In this document: piece after piece, positions 11,207 through 21,206 of the stretch
How positions within the stretch are numbered: position 1 is the stretch's first letter
How the letters are laid out: each line of letters opens with the position of its first letter
Source of the DNA: an uncultured Phycisphaerales bacterium
GTDB lineage: Bacteria > Planctomycetota > Phycisphaerae > Tepidisphaerales > Tepidisphaeraceae
Length of the DNA stretch: 64,000 nucleotides
Direction: 5' to 3'
NCBI GenBank assembly: GCA_963755915.1
Contig: CAVWLP010000003.1
Location: forward strand, 128,001 to 192,000
Notes under the pieces: generated by a model
Database searches by the model: none
The model's input: only the letters and a program-made list of their open reading frames with translations
Told to the model about the DNA's origin: nothing
Program-made: the position numbers and the translations under genes

Positions 11207-11711
11207 GTGGGCGTGCGCGAAAAATTGAATTCCGACCGAGTGATCGGATTTGTTATTGCCGCCATCTTGTTGGCCGCGGCGACGCTGCAGGCGGCCTATT
11301 TTTTTGGGCGCCGCCCCCAAACACCAGAGCGCCACCGACGCCTTCTACACCGATGATGATGGCCGCACTTATTTTATCGACAGTATCTACAAGTTCCCTC
11401 CCTGGGACCATAACGGCAAAGACGCCGATATCGCGATGGTGTACTCCAGCTCGTCCGGAAATTTTGTCGCCTATCAGGTCCGATACACCGCCGCCGCCCG
11501 AAAGGAATTACTGGATCTTTACGCCAGGGCTGAGGCAGGCCAGTGTCCCCTGGCCGATGTCAATCGCTTGATGACCACCCAGAGAGTTGGTGTCGTCGGA
11601 AAAGAAGTGAAAATGCGTGGGGCGGACAAGTGGGTCCCGATGGCAAGTATGCCACGCCCCATCCCCGTAAAGGCTCCTGATGGCACTGATGTGATGATGC
11701 TGATGCCGTGA
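11207..11711 (+). CDS. Small membrane-anchored hypothetical protein downstream of DUF1559 (frameshifted ~11300-11335)
   Basis: N-terminal TM helix, then AFYTDDDGRTYF...PPWDHNGK...VAYQVRYT in the second frame. Confidence 0.6.
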
Positions 11712-11844
11712 TCAGACAGGTCGGCATTATCCACAATCGACCGCAATCTTCGAGAAGAAGTCACGAAAGGCTGCCTATGTGGGATAATTTTTTCAAAAGA
11801 AATTCAATTCAGGACGCTCGTGCGTCCAATGGACGAGAACTGAA

Positions 11845-13602
11845 GTGCTGTCAGATAAGGAGCGAGTGATGCGTAGAATTTCACGAACCGTGCCGGCGAT
11901 ACTGCCGGTGACCGCAGCCCTAGTCGTTGCCTTTGCGCCATTCACGGCGCGGGCATCATCGGTTTTGATCGAATCCTGGGAAAACACCCTGGATGGTTGG
12001 CAGGCCCCTTCACCAGACGGCAGCAACAGCAGCTATTCGCCGAGCTTCAGCACGACCAACGGCGTCACCGACGGAAACTATAGTCTGGCGATGACCGGGA
12101 CCGCGTCGCCGGATTACAGCATAATGCTGAATTCACCTTCTTCGATGACACTGACCAACACCCTCGCCGATGCAACGTCAGTAAGCCTTGATGTGTTCGC
12201 GCCGTCCGGCTCGTTTGGCGGAGCGTTGGGTATCGACATGGACATTGGCAATAGCGCCACAGGATTTGTATCCCTCGATAACTACGATTACCAGTCCCCA
12301 ACCATAGGAACTGAATCAACGATTACCGTTCCGATTTCCACTTCGCTTGCCTCGGAGTTGGCGGCGTCGGGAGATCCGACCGAGTTTTACATACAAGTAG
12401 GCGGAAGCGATACCCCCGGTAACGAGACAATCTATTTCGACAATCTACGTGCCATCAATAACTCCACCACTCCCCAGCAATGGACTCCCACCTCTTCGGG
12501 TAACTGGAACAGCGTGGCGAACTGGAGCGGCGGCACTATTCCCAATGCCGTGGACGCTGAAGCCGATTTCTATGGCGCCATCACCGCCAACAGCACCGTC
12601 TACACCGACCAGCCAATTACCGTCGGCACCATCAACTTCAACAACGCCAACAAATACGTCATCACCGGAAGCAGTACCCTGACCTTGCAGGCATCTACCG
12701 GTAACGCACAGGTGATCGTTCAGCAGGGAACGCAGGAGCTGAACCTTCCAATCACGTTGGCCAGTAACACGATTTTCAATGTCAGCCCCGGCGCAAATCT
12801 GATCATCGCCAACCCGCTGACCATCGATCCCGGCGACAGCGTCACAACCAGCGGCGGCGGGACCGTCACTTACCAATCCATCATCACCGTTGGCAGCGAG
12901 GCTTCCATCGCTTTCGGGAACTCCACATACGCCAACGCCCTTAACGTCGCCTCCAGCGGAACGGCAACGATCCAGGGAAGTGGAAACCTTGTCGAGGTCG
13001 ACAACCTCTCGGTCGGCGGGACCGTCGACATCACCAAGAACGAGCTGCTGGTGAATTACTCCGGCGGCGGCGATCCGATCAGCACCGTCTACGCGGAGCT
13101 CAAGAGCGGCTATAACAACGGCACGTGGAACGGTAGCGGTATCATTTCATCGTCCGCACAAACGCTGCATAATGGCCTGGGTTATGGCGTTGGGTGGGCC
13201 GATGGGTCGAACCATATTGTGGCCGGGCTTTCGTCGGGTTTCATTGAAGTGAAATATACGCTGCTGGGGGATGCGAACCTGGACGGGACGGTGAACGGGA
13301 GCGACTTCAGCATCCTGGCGGCGAATTTCGGGCTGGGGGTTACCAACTGGGACCAGGGGAATTTCCTGTTTTCCAGTTCGGTGAACGGGTCCGATTTTTC
13401 GGCGCTGGCGGCGAATTTCGGGCAGGGGTCGAATCTTTCGGCGGTGACGCCGGCGGACGTGGCGGCACTGGATGCGTTTGCGGTGGCGAATGGGTTGCCG
13501 TTACCGACGATTGACGCAGTGCCGGAGCCGGCATCGCTTCTGTCCCTCGTCTTCGTCGCAGGGCTGACCACTCATCGCCGCAAAAGGCGGCTGCGATCAT
13601 AA
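11845..13602 (+). CDS. PEP-CTERM sorting-domain surface protein with dockerin-like EF-hand repeats
   Basis: Signal peptide; GDANLDGTVNGSDF and GNFLFSSSVNGSDF repeats; C-terminal VPEPASL-hydrophobic-RRKRR. Confidence 0.9.
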   Translation: MLSDKERVMRRISRTVPAILPVTAALVVAFAPFTARASSVLIESWENTLDGWQAPSPDGSNSSYSPSFSTTNGVTDGNYSLAMTGTASPDYSIMLNSPSSMTLTNTLADATSVSLDVFAPSGSFGGALGIDMDIGNSATGFVSLDNYDYQSPTIGTESTITVPISTSLASELAASGDPTEFYIQVGGSDTPGNETIYFDNLRAINNSTTPQQWTPTSSGNWNSVANWSGGTIPNAVDAEADFYGAITANSTVYTDQPITVGTINFNNANKYVITGSSTLTLQASTGNAQVIVQQGTQELNLPITLASNTIFNVSPGANLIIANPLTIDPGDSVTTSGGGTVTYQSIITVGSEASIAFGNSTYANALNVASSGTATIQGSGNLVEVDNLSVGGTVDITKNELLVNYSGGGDPISTVYAELKSGYNNGTWNGSGIISSSAQTLHNGLGYGVGWADGSNHIVAGLSSGFIEVKYTLLGDANLDGTVNGSDFSILAANFGLGVTNWDQGNFLFSSSVNGSDFSALAANFGQGSNLSAVTPADVAALDAFAVANGLPLPTIDAVPEPASLLSLVFVAGLTTHRRKRRLRS

Positions 13603-13623
13603 GCCAATCTCGCCGATCGTATT

Positions 13624-14559
13624 TTGAGAAACTCCCTGAATGGATTTGCCATGCCGCAAGAACCCGTCTCTGCTTGTTGTGGATTGTTCCCGAGGTATTC
13701 GACGTCCCAAAACACGGCATTTCGGTCGGTCCTATGCGGGTATATCGTTCTAACGCTTATCGGGGCTTCGTCCCGGGCGGAAACACTCCTCTACGATGAC
13801 TTCAATACGCCCGTCCTCAATAGGGACAACTGGTCGGTGGGGACTTGGGCCTTGGGACGGACGCAACTCGGAAATAAACCCGTGTTATTCCCCAAAACAA
13901 GCAACGAGCCAGCCTATGCCCGGCTCGAGTTGGACACGTTCAATCCAACGAATATTCAGCACCAAAATTCCGGTGAATACATGTTTCGCGGAACTGAGAT
14001 TTATTCCAAAAAGACGTTCTCGGTGATCCCGCCCGGCGTCCGCTTCGAGGCTAAGGTGCGTAATGAGGGCATCTTGCCGGCGGGACTGGTAACTTCGTTT
14101 TTTTCCTACACGCAGTATCAGGCTTCCGCCGCAACGCTCGCAGATGAAATTGATTTTGAATTCCTCACTAACCAGCTGGCTGCTGCGCACGGGCCGATCT
14201 TGTGCACCACCTGGCACGATTTCAATACGAGCCACGCGAACCCCGGCAACAACAATACTCGCAATCCCAAATACGCCGTGTGGACCCACCGATCGGCGAC
14301 TAACGACCTGACCAAATGGACGATCTACGATATCGACTGGTATCCGGACCATGTTGAGTGGTTTGTTGATGGTCAACTGGTGCGCACGGCCAGCCAAACA
14401 GTGCCCAATCGACCAATGTCGATTCGTTTAAACTTTTGGGCGACGAGCTCCGACTGGAGCGATGCCTTTAATGCCGATTTACAACCAGCCAAAGATCCCG
14501 GCCATAGCAGGAAATTCTACTACGATATCGGTTACGTCAAGGTATGCACGCTGCGATAA
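13624..14559 (+). CDS. GH16-family glycoside hydrolase
   Basis: DEIDFEF catalytic E-x-D-x-E motif; Y.IDW.PD.V.WFVDG.LVR; PM.IRLNFW. Confidence 0.85.
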   Translation: MRNSLNGFAMPQEPVSACCGLFPRYSTSQNTAFRSVLCGYIVLTLIGASSRAETLLYDDFNTPVLNRDNWSVGTWALGRTQLGNKPVLFPKTSNEPAYARLELDTFNPTNIQHQNSGEYMFRGTEIYSKKTFSVIPPGVRFEAKVRNEGILPAGLVTSFFSYTQYQASAATLADEIDFEFLTNQLAAAHGPILCTTWHDFNTSHANPGNNNTRNPKYAVWTHRSATNDLTKWTIYDIDWYPDHVEWFVDGQLVRTASQTVPNRPMSIRLNFWATSSDWSDAFNADLQPAKDPGHSRKFYYDIGYVKVCTLR

Positions 14560-14724
14560 TGGTTTTCGAAAGCGCGGCATTGAAACCTCCAATGATCTGA
14601 GAGCAGACCTTGAGAGGTTTGCGGGGTGTCAGCGGATTATCCAGTCCGAGACCTTTTTCAAGCACTTCTCTGCCACTAAGGCTAGCGTCGAATTCGATCG
14701 TACGTAACCTCTTAATTGTTCAAA

Positions 14725-14768
14725 CGTTCCCGGCGGGGCTCGAACCTGCAACCTTCGGCTCCGGAGGC
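14725..14768 (-). repeat. attR of the tRNA-Arg island (displaced tRNA 3' half, copy 1)
   Basis: 44 bp identical to 25315-25358. Confidence 0.95.
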
Positions 14769-15614
14769 GGAAGTCCCCGATACCCGAAGCTGCGGAAACC
14801 AGCTTCTTAAGACATGTCAATACCGGTGCTTATCACCGTTACAGCAACACAGGCATCGCCTGCTAAACTTTTTTAATTCTACACGTTTTATGCTGGTTTT
14901 TCAACGTTTTGGTGACAAATCGGTGACGGCAAAACTGAACTTATATAAAATGACCTCCACCATGCTTTCGAATTGCGTGAGTTGCGGTCGCTTGGCTAGT
15001 CCGTCCATCCAGGATACGAAATTATCCCACGCCATTAACTGCTTCGTCGCCATCGCCGTCGGTCGGGGTACTCAGCGGCCAATGCCGCGTAGCGGCTAAA
15101 ATCGCCGCGGCCGACCGATGGTGATGGTGACAGTCTTTTAATCGCTGCTTCAGAGCCTGAGTCAGAGGGAGGGGGTGCCCTCAGGCGGAGAGGCCGGGAT
15201 TCGAAACATCTCAAATCCACGAATTCCTGCTGAATCTCTATTTACGACTTAAGGCCGGCGAATTCCAGGATTTGGCGCGTCTCGAAAATGTACTGAAGCT
15301 GCACGGTTTTTTGCTGTCTTTTGATGCGGGTTGAGGGCAATGGCTCCCATATCCAAGGTGGCGTGGTTCATTATCGCCGAGTCTTGAAGAACACACTTGC
15401 GAGTGTGCATTGAGCAGCGGCCAATCCGTCAGGAGAAAGCGTGCAGCTGGATTTGGCAATTGTGGTTTCTGGATGATCCCACAAATTGGGGAAGAATGTT
15501 TTCCATTTGCTGGCGACCGCAGGATTGCGAACGAGAAGCCCCGAATCAAGAGATCCCCCGCCTTGTTGTGCACCGAAAGGCGCCCATGCAAGATGTGTAG
15601 TACGAAACCAACCA

Positions 15615-16177
15615 TTAAGCATTTTCGCCCGGAACGGAGGGAGGTGGGATGGCTACCGGCCGTTCGGCGGCGTTCGCGGGCTTATGTGACTCTGAACCGC
15701 AGTTCCCTTCCGCGCTTCCAATTGGCGCAATTCCGGCGAAAGGTGCAAGCTCTCTGGTCTTTTGATGGTCAGCGAAGGCAACGCCTTGGTTCGTGAGACC
15801 CCGAAAATAGTGCTTCTGGAATCTTTGCCTTGGCGCAGCTGGATCGTTTATCGCTTGAGCGGCCCAAAATTCCTGCCGTGATTTGACCCAAATATCATAT
15901 CCCTTCGCCAATTCGGAGTTTTCGTTCAGCTGCGCAAAGCGTGGCCGAAATGCCTCCAAATCGAGACGTTTGTGGGGTACCAACATCGCGATTGGCTCGC
16001 CGGCGCGGAACATACATTTTTCGGGCCGCGTGAATTTCCAATTCATTGAAAACGACGCGAAGCTCCAGTCAGTTTCGACCAACCCCTCCAACGGGAACAA
16101 TCCGTCTTTGATAAAATTTGCCGGCCCTCGGCATAGAAGGTTCCATCCGGGAGGCGTGCGAAATACGTAGGGTAGCC
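15615..16177 (-). pseudogene. DUF6065-family protein, 5'-truncated
   Basis: PYVFRTPPGWNLLCRGPANFIKDG..PLEGLVETDW....FSMNWKFTRP...QKHYFRG; N-terminal half missing. Confidence 0.65.
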
Positions 16178-16500
16178 ACCTATTACAAGTTCGCTTTCGT
16201 TCGCAATCCGTGGGACAGAGCCGTTTCTGCTGCGTTGTGGAGGGCAAAGTTTCCGCTTTGTGGGATAAGAGATCTTCGCGATTACGTCGAATGGGCGGAG
16301 CGTGTCAACAGGCTGAACTCGTTCACGGGTCATGAAGTTCATGCTTTGCCGCAATCCGCATTCTTAGTGGACCAAGATGGTCGACAGGCGGTCGACCGAA
16401 TCGGACGTTTTGAGAGTTTTAGCGGCGACCTGCGCCTCATTCTTGGCCGTTTTGAGTCGGATTTGGCAAGTATACCTCATATGAAGAAATCCTTGGGGCG
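16178..16500 (+). pseudogene. Sulfotransferase family 2 fragment
   Basis: YYKFAFVRNPWDRAVS...HALPQ..FL......VDRIGRFE; no N-terminus, and the C-terminus is cut by the IS21 end. Confidence 0.7.
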
Positions 16501-16583
16501 TGTCAGTCATCACTTCAAATGCCACCACCGATCATCGGATCAAATGCCACCACGTCCGATATATCGCAATCGACCGTCCCATT

Positions 16584-17495
16584 TCAAATTGACGCCGAGT
16601 TGTTGACTACCGGCGAGGCCGCTTCGGCAGGCTGAACCCCCACGCCAGAAGACAATGGCTTTCTGGCATCGGTGTCTTCCGGAGGGGAAAGCCCTTCATC
16701 GCCGCCGGTACTCCGGCGTCCTCGCGGTTTGGTGGATTCGATGCTTTCAGCGGTAGGCTTCGCCTCCGCGGCACGGTCTCGCAACCGATAGCTTCTGCCG
16801 GTGATCGCGATCACCTCGGCGTTGTGCAGGAAGCGATCGAGGATTGCCGTGGCGGCCGGTACGTCGCCGATCAATTTGCCCCAGTCTTCGAGCGGCCGGT
16901 TGCTGGTCATCATGGTGGAGCGAACCTGGTAACGCCGCATGATGATCTCGAAGAGATATTCGCCGGAGCGTTTGGGCAATTGCTTCATGCCCATATCGTC
17001 GATGATGAGCAGATCGGGCCGGAGATACCGCTCCATGATTTTGTCCTGCTGGTTGAGGGCCTCATCGTGCAGGAAGTCGCGCACCACGTCGAAGATCGAG
17101 CGGTAAAGCACGACCGATCCGTTCTTGATGGCTTGGTATCCCAGTGCCTGGGCGATGTGACTTTTTCCCAGACCCGGCGGCCCGATCAGCAAGACATCCC
17201 GCGCCTCGCGGATGAACCGGCCGGTTGCCAGCTCGAAGATCTGCTTGCGTTTGACCGACGAGTTGAAGGAAAAGTCGAACTCGTCGAGGGTCTTGAGTTC
17301 CCGAAAGCCCGCGATCTTGACGCGCCGGGCGATCAGGCGTTCATTGCGAATGAGCAATTCATCCTGAAGCACCAGTTCCAAAAACTCGCCGTGGGAAAGC
17401 TGATGGCCGGCGGCTTCCTGCAAGCGCACGTCCAAGGTGGAGGCCAAGCCCGAAAGCCGAAGGCGGGTCAGGGCGGTTCGTAACGATTCGTTCAT
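16584..17495 (-). CDS. istB: IS21 helper ATPase IstB
   Basis: GPPGLGKS Walker A, LLIIDDMG Walker B, TSNRP..DW, AILDRFLH, G.SYRL. Confidence 0.93.
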   Translation of the reverse strand: MNESLRTALTRLRLSGLASTLDVRLQEAAGHQLSHGEFLELVLQDELLIRNERLIARRVKIAGFRELKTLDEFDFSFNSSVKRKQIFELATGRFIREARDVLLIGPPGLGKSHIAQALGYQAIKNGSVVLYRSIFDVVRDFLHDEALNQQDKIMERYLRPDLLIIDDMGMKQLPKRSGEYLFEIIMRRYQVRSTMMTSNRPLEDWGKLIGDVPAATAILDRFLHNAEVIAITGRSYRLRDRAAEAKPTAESIESTKPRGRRSTGGDEGLSPPEDTDARKPLSSGVGVQPAEAASPVVNNSASI

Positions 17496-17505
17496 AAATC
17501 TCCTT

Positions 17506-18326
17506 TCAAAAAAGTGGAGGCTTTGCCTCCACGGGGGTGTTATCGAAAGCGTCATGGACCAGTTGGGAGTAATCCGAAAGCGACCGGATCAGGGGATGCT
17601 CGGCGACGAACTCGAACTGTTGCTGTTGCGCGGCGGATTCCGATCGTTTCAGCAGATTGCGGATGTCGCGCAGCCGATGGGTGCCGTGCCCTTGAGCCAC
17701 CTGACAGGCCTGTTCGATCATTTTGGCGGGATGGCGATGCGTGAGACTGACCAGCCCCATCACCACGCGCAAGGCGTGAATCCCCCGGCAATTCAGGACA
17801 TTTTCAGCCCATTGGCCGGCGTGGGGACCGATGGCGCTGGCCTTGTTCATCCACCAGGCCGCGCCGCGTTCGATCCCGCCGCGCTTCTCGGGAACGATGT
17901 GACGATCATCGGTGGCGAAGCGTCCCGGCTCGTGCTGAACGTGGATGGCAACCTGCCGAAGCTGAGAATCAAAGAGCCGGACGACGTGCCCGTCCCAGCG
18001 CGCCCAGATGGTCCGGCCGAGGAACTCCGGCGGCGCCGAGTAATACGCCTTGGCCACCTCCACGTGGCCATCACGGTTGACGATCCGCTGGGCTTCCTGA
18101 AAACAGGGGAACCGTCCCGGCGGAAGAGGCAATAGCGCCGGCTTCTCCACTTCCGCGAACATCCTCGCCACCTGCTTGCGCGTGGTGCCATGAATGCGCG
18201 TGTCGGCGATGGTCGATTCCCATTCGGCCAGGAATTGGTTCTGCTCGGAAAGGCTCTTGAAGGTTCGGGCCTTGAGAGCATTCCCCTGGGCGTATCCGAC
18301 GCCGCGTTCGATCTTTCCCTTGTGCC
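17506..18326 (-). pseudogene. istA: IS21 transposase IstA, C-terminal half only
   Basis: Begins abruptly at HKGKIERGVGY; RIHGTTR and RIVNRDGHV motifs; truncated by IS21 element B. Confidence 0.88.
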
Positions 18327-18442
18327 TGTCATGGGCGCGCAAAACCGGCCAATTGAGGGCGCGCCAAAACCGGCCATTTTGAGGCACAGGAGATTGGGTT
18401 ATCGACCTTGGCTTTCGGCGGTTGCCGCAAGCCAATGGTGGG

Positions 18443-20197
18443 ATGGCCAATCAACTCAAGATGGCGGAAGTACAAGCAATTTTGGCACTTGCGCAGCGGC
18501 TGGTCCAATCGGAACATCGCCCGCCAACTCGGCGTTCACCGGGAGACCGTTGGACGCCACATCCGGTTGTCGGGCGGCGATCCTGCGGCGCCCGGATCGG
18601 ATTCAAAACCGGCCAGCGCGCCCCTCGGCTCGACGGTGCTCGCCGCAGGCGGCTCGACGGTGCTCGCCGCAGGCGGCTCGACGGTGCTCGCCGCAGGCGG
18701 CTCGACGGTGCTCGCCGCAGGCGGCTCGACGGTGCTCGCCGCAGGCGGCTCGACGGTGCTCGCCGCAGGCGGCTCGGAGAGCGCGCCCACCGGGTTATCC
18801 GGCGCGCCCATCGGGTCGGTCAGTACGGCATCGCCCTGGCGTGAGGTCATTGTTCAGAAGTTGGAAGCCGGGCTGACGGCCCAGCGGATTTATCAAGACA
18901 TCTCCAGCGATCACGGCTATGCCGGCAGCTATTACAGCGTGCGCCGGTTCATCAAGAAGCTCTCGGCTGCCGCGCCGGCGCCCTTTCGCCGGATGGAATG
19001 CGAGCCGGGAGCCGAGGCGCAGGTGGACTTCGGCCGGGGTGCGCCCTGGTCGGTCCTGACGGCAAACGCAAAGCAACCTGGGTCTTCCGCATTGTGCTGA
19101 GCCACAGCCGCAAGGGGTACGCCGAGGCGGTGGAGCGGCAGACGACCGATGATTTTCTGCGTTGTCTGGAAAATGCCTTTACGCACTTCGGCGGGATGCC
19201 GTCAGCGCTGGTGATCGACAATCTTCGCGCGGCGGTGACGCGGGCGGACTGGTTCGAGGCGGAGTTGTGTCCCAAGGTCCGGTCGTTCGCCGAACATTAT
19301 GGAATCGCCATTCTGCCCACCAAGCCGTACACGCCGCGGCACAAGGGGAAGATCGAGCGGGGCATCGGCTATGTGAAGAGCAATGCTCTCAAAGGCCGGC
19401 AATTCGCCTCGCTCTCGGATCAGAACGCGCATCTGCTGACGTGGGAGAAGAGCGTGGCCGACACGCGCATCCACGGCACGACGCGGCGGCAGGTGAAGGA
19501 AGTCTTCGAGCAGGTAGAGAAGCCGGCACTGTTGGCTCTGCCGCCGGTGCGATTCGATCTTTTCACCGAGGCGTTGCGCAGTGTTCACCGCGACGGGCAC
19601 GTGGAGATCAAGGGGGCGTACTATTCGGTCCCGCCGGAGTTTTTGGGCCAGCGGGTCTGGGCGCGGTGGGACGGGCGCACGGTCCGGCTGTTCGATCAGA
19701 AGATGCGTGCGATCGCTCTGCACGCGCAGCGTCCGCCGGGCAGGTTCTCGACGCAAGACGCCCATATCCTGCCGGAGAAGATCAGCGGCATCGAGCGTGG
19801 AACGACCTGGCTTCTCCAGCGGATCGAATGCATCGGGCCGCACGCCACGCAGTGGGCGCAGTCAATGCTTCAGCATCGCGGCATCGAAGGCGTGCGCGTG
19901 TTGATGGGGCTGCTGTCGCTGGCCAATCAGCAGCCGCGACCGGCCGTGGAACGAGCCTGCGAGATTGCTCTGGGGCATGGCGCGTATCACCTGCGCTCCC
20001 TGCGGCAGCTCATCGAACACCAAAACGGCGCGCCGGTTCAACAACACTTCGAGTTTGTTCAGGAACATCCAATCATCCGCGGACTGGCCGATTACGGACA
20101 GTTCGTACGCGACGCAATCACCCAAGCGGAGGCTTTGCCTGCCGCACAACCTTTACAGGCCTGCCCTGAGCAGAGCCGAAGGGAGTCCACCCCATGA
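18443..20197 (+). CDS. istA: IS21 transposase IstA (frameshifts ~18498 and ~19045)
   Basis: N-terminal HTH (IARQLGVHRETVGRH), EAQVDFG, LVIDNLRAAV, PRHKGKIERGIGYVK. Confidence 0.9.
18627..18776 (+). repeat. Perfect 24-bp tandem repeat (6 copies + 6 bp) in istA, encoding (GSTVLAAG)6
   Basis: Unit GGCTCGACGGTGCTCGCCGCAGGC read directly from the sequence. Confidence 0.95.
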
Positions 20198-21084
20198 GAC
20201 CTTCGTTGATGCAGACGCTCAAGCAACTTCGGCTTTCAGGTCTGGCGAGCAGCCTTGAAGTTCGCCTGAGCGAGGCGGCCGGCAATCGGCTCGACCACAG
20301 TGAGTTTTTGGAACTGATCCTTCAGGATGAACTGAACGTCCGATCCAGCCGGCAGATCGGCCGGCGCGTCAAGGCGGCGATGTTCCGCGACACCAAAAAC
20401 CTCGACGAGTTCGACTTCTCCTTCAACACCTCCATCAAACGCAAACAGATTCACGATCTGGCCGCCGGCCAGTTCATTCGTGACAAACGTGACGTGCTCT
20501 TGCTGGGTCCGCCCGGCGTGGGCAAATCGTTTTTGGCCCAGGCCATCGGACACCAGGCGATCAAGAGCGGCTTGGTGGTCCTGTACCGATCCATCTTCGA
20601 CCTGGCCCGCGACTTTTTAGGCGACGAGGATCTGGGAGCCCAGGACAAGACGCTGGCCCGGTATCTCAAGCCTGATCTGCTTATCATCGACGACATGGGA
20701 ATGAAGCAGCTTCCGCGGCGCAGCGGCGAATGCCTGCTGGAGATCGTCATGCGCCGGCACGAGAACCGCTCGACGATGATGACCAGCAACCGTCCACTGG
20801 AGGACTGGGCCAAGCTGATCGGCGACGTGCCGGCGGCCACGGCCATTCTGGATCGGTTCCTGCAGCACGCCACGATCATCAACATCACCGGCAAGAGCTA
20901 CCGCCTTCGGCATGGGGGCCATTCGACTTCGCTCACGGCAGGCCAATCCGGGACACCGGAAAAGACAAATCCAAAAGGACGGCGGAGTACCGCCGGCGAT
21001 GAAGGGTGCTCCCCCCCGGAAGACACCGTGACAGAGCCGCCGTTGTCTTCTGATGTGGGGGTATCCGCCGGCCAGACGGCGTGA
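20194..21084 (+). CDS. istB: IS21 helper ATPase IstB
   Basis: GPPGVGKS, LLIIDDMG, AILDRFL; ATGA overlap with the istA stop. Confidence 0.93.
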   Translation: MRPSLMQTLKQLRLSGLASSLEVRLSEAAGNRLDHSEFLELILQDELNVRSSRQIGRRVKAAMFRDTKNLDEFDFSFNTSIKRKQIHDLAAGQFIRDKRDVLLLGPPGVGKSFLAQAIGHQAIKSGLVVLYRSIFDLARDFLGDEDLGAQDKTLARYLKPDLLIIDDMGMKQLPRRSGECLLEIVMRRHENRSTMMTSNRPLEDWAKLIGDVPAATAILDRFLQHATIINITGKSYRLRHGGHSTSLTAGQSGTPEKTNPKGRRSTAGDEGCSPPEDTVTEPPLSSDVGVSAGQTA

Positions 21085-21206
21085 ACGGGGACCAATAACT
21101 CAAGGAACAGTTGCGTCGGATAGAACGGATGCGGTATAGAATACGTCAGCACATTGGCCGGTTTTGAAGCGCCCCGCCCTGGCTGGTTTTGGCGCGCCCC
21201 GTGACA

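Larger units (their letters stand above)
16501..18326 (-). mobile_element. IS21-family element A (left part lost)
   Basis: Terminus TGTCAGTCATCACTT with two CAAATGCCACCA repeats; intact istB and 3' half of istA. Confidence 0.85.
18327..21206 (+). mobile_element. IS21-family element B (complete)
   Basis: TGTCATGGGCGCGCAAAACCGGCCA ... TGGCTGGTTTTGGCGCGCCCCGTGACA inverted ends with repeated internal motifs; istA and istB; no target-site duplication. Confidence 0.92.

Noticed and set aside
5976-14768. Three extra tRNA-Arg genes
   Set aside because: Each has only the 3' ~42-44 nt, with no D-arm or 5' acceptor strand; they are att remnants.
18627-18776. 24-bp repeats as a CRISPR array
   Set aside because: The units are contiguous with no spacers, lie in frame within istA, and no cas genes are present.
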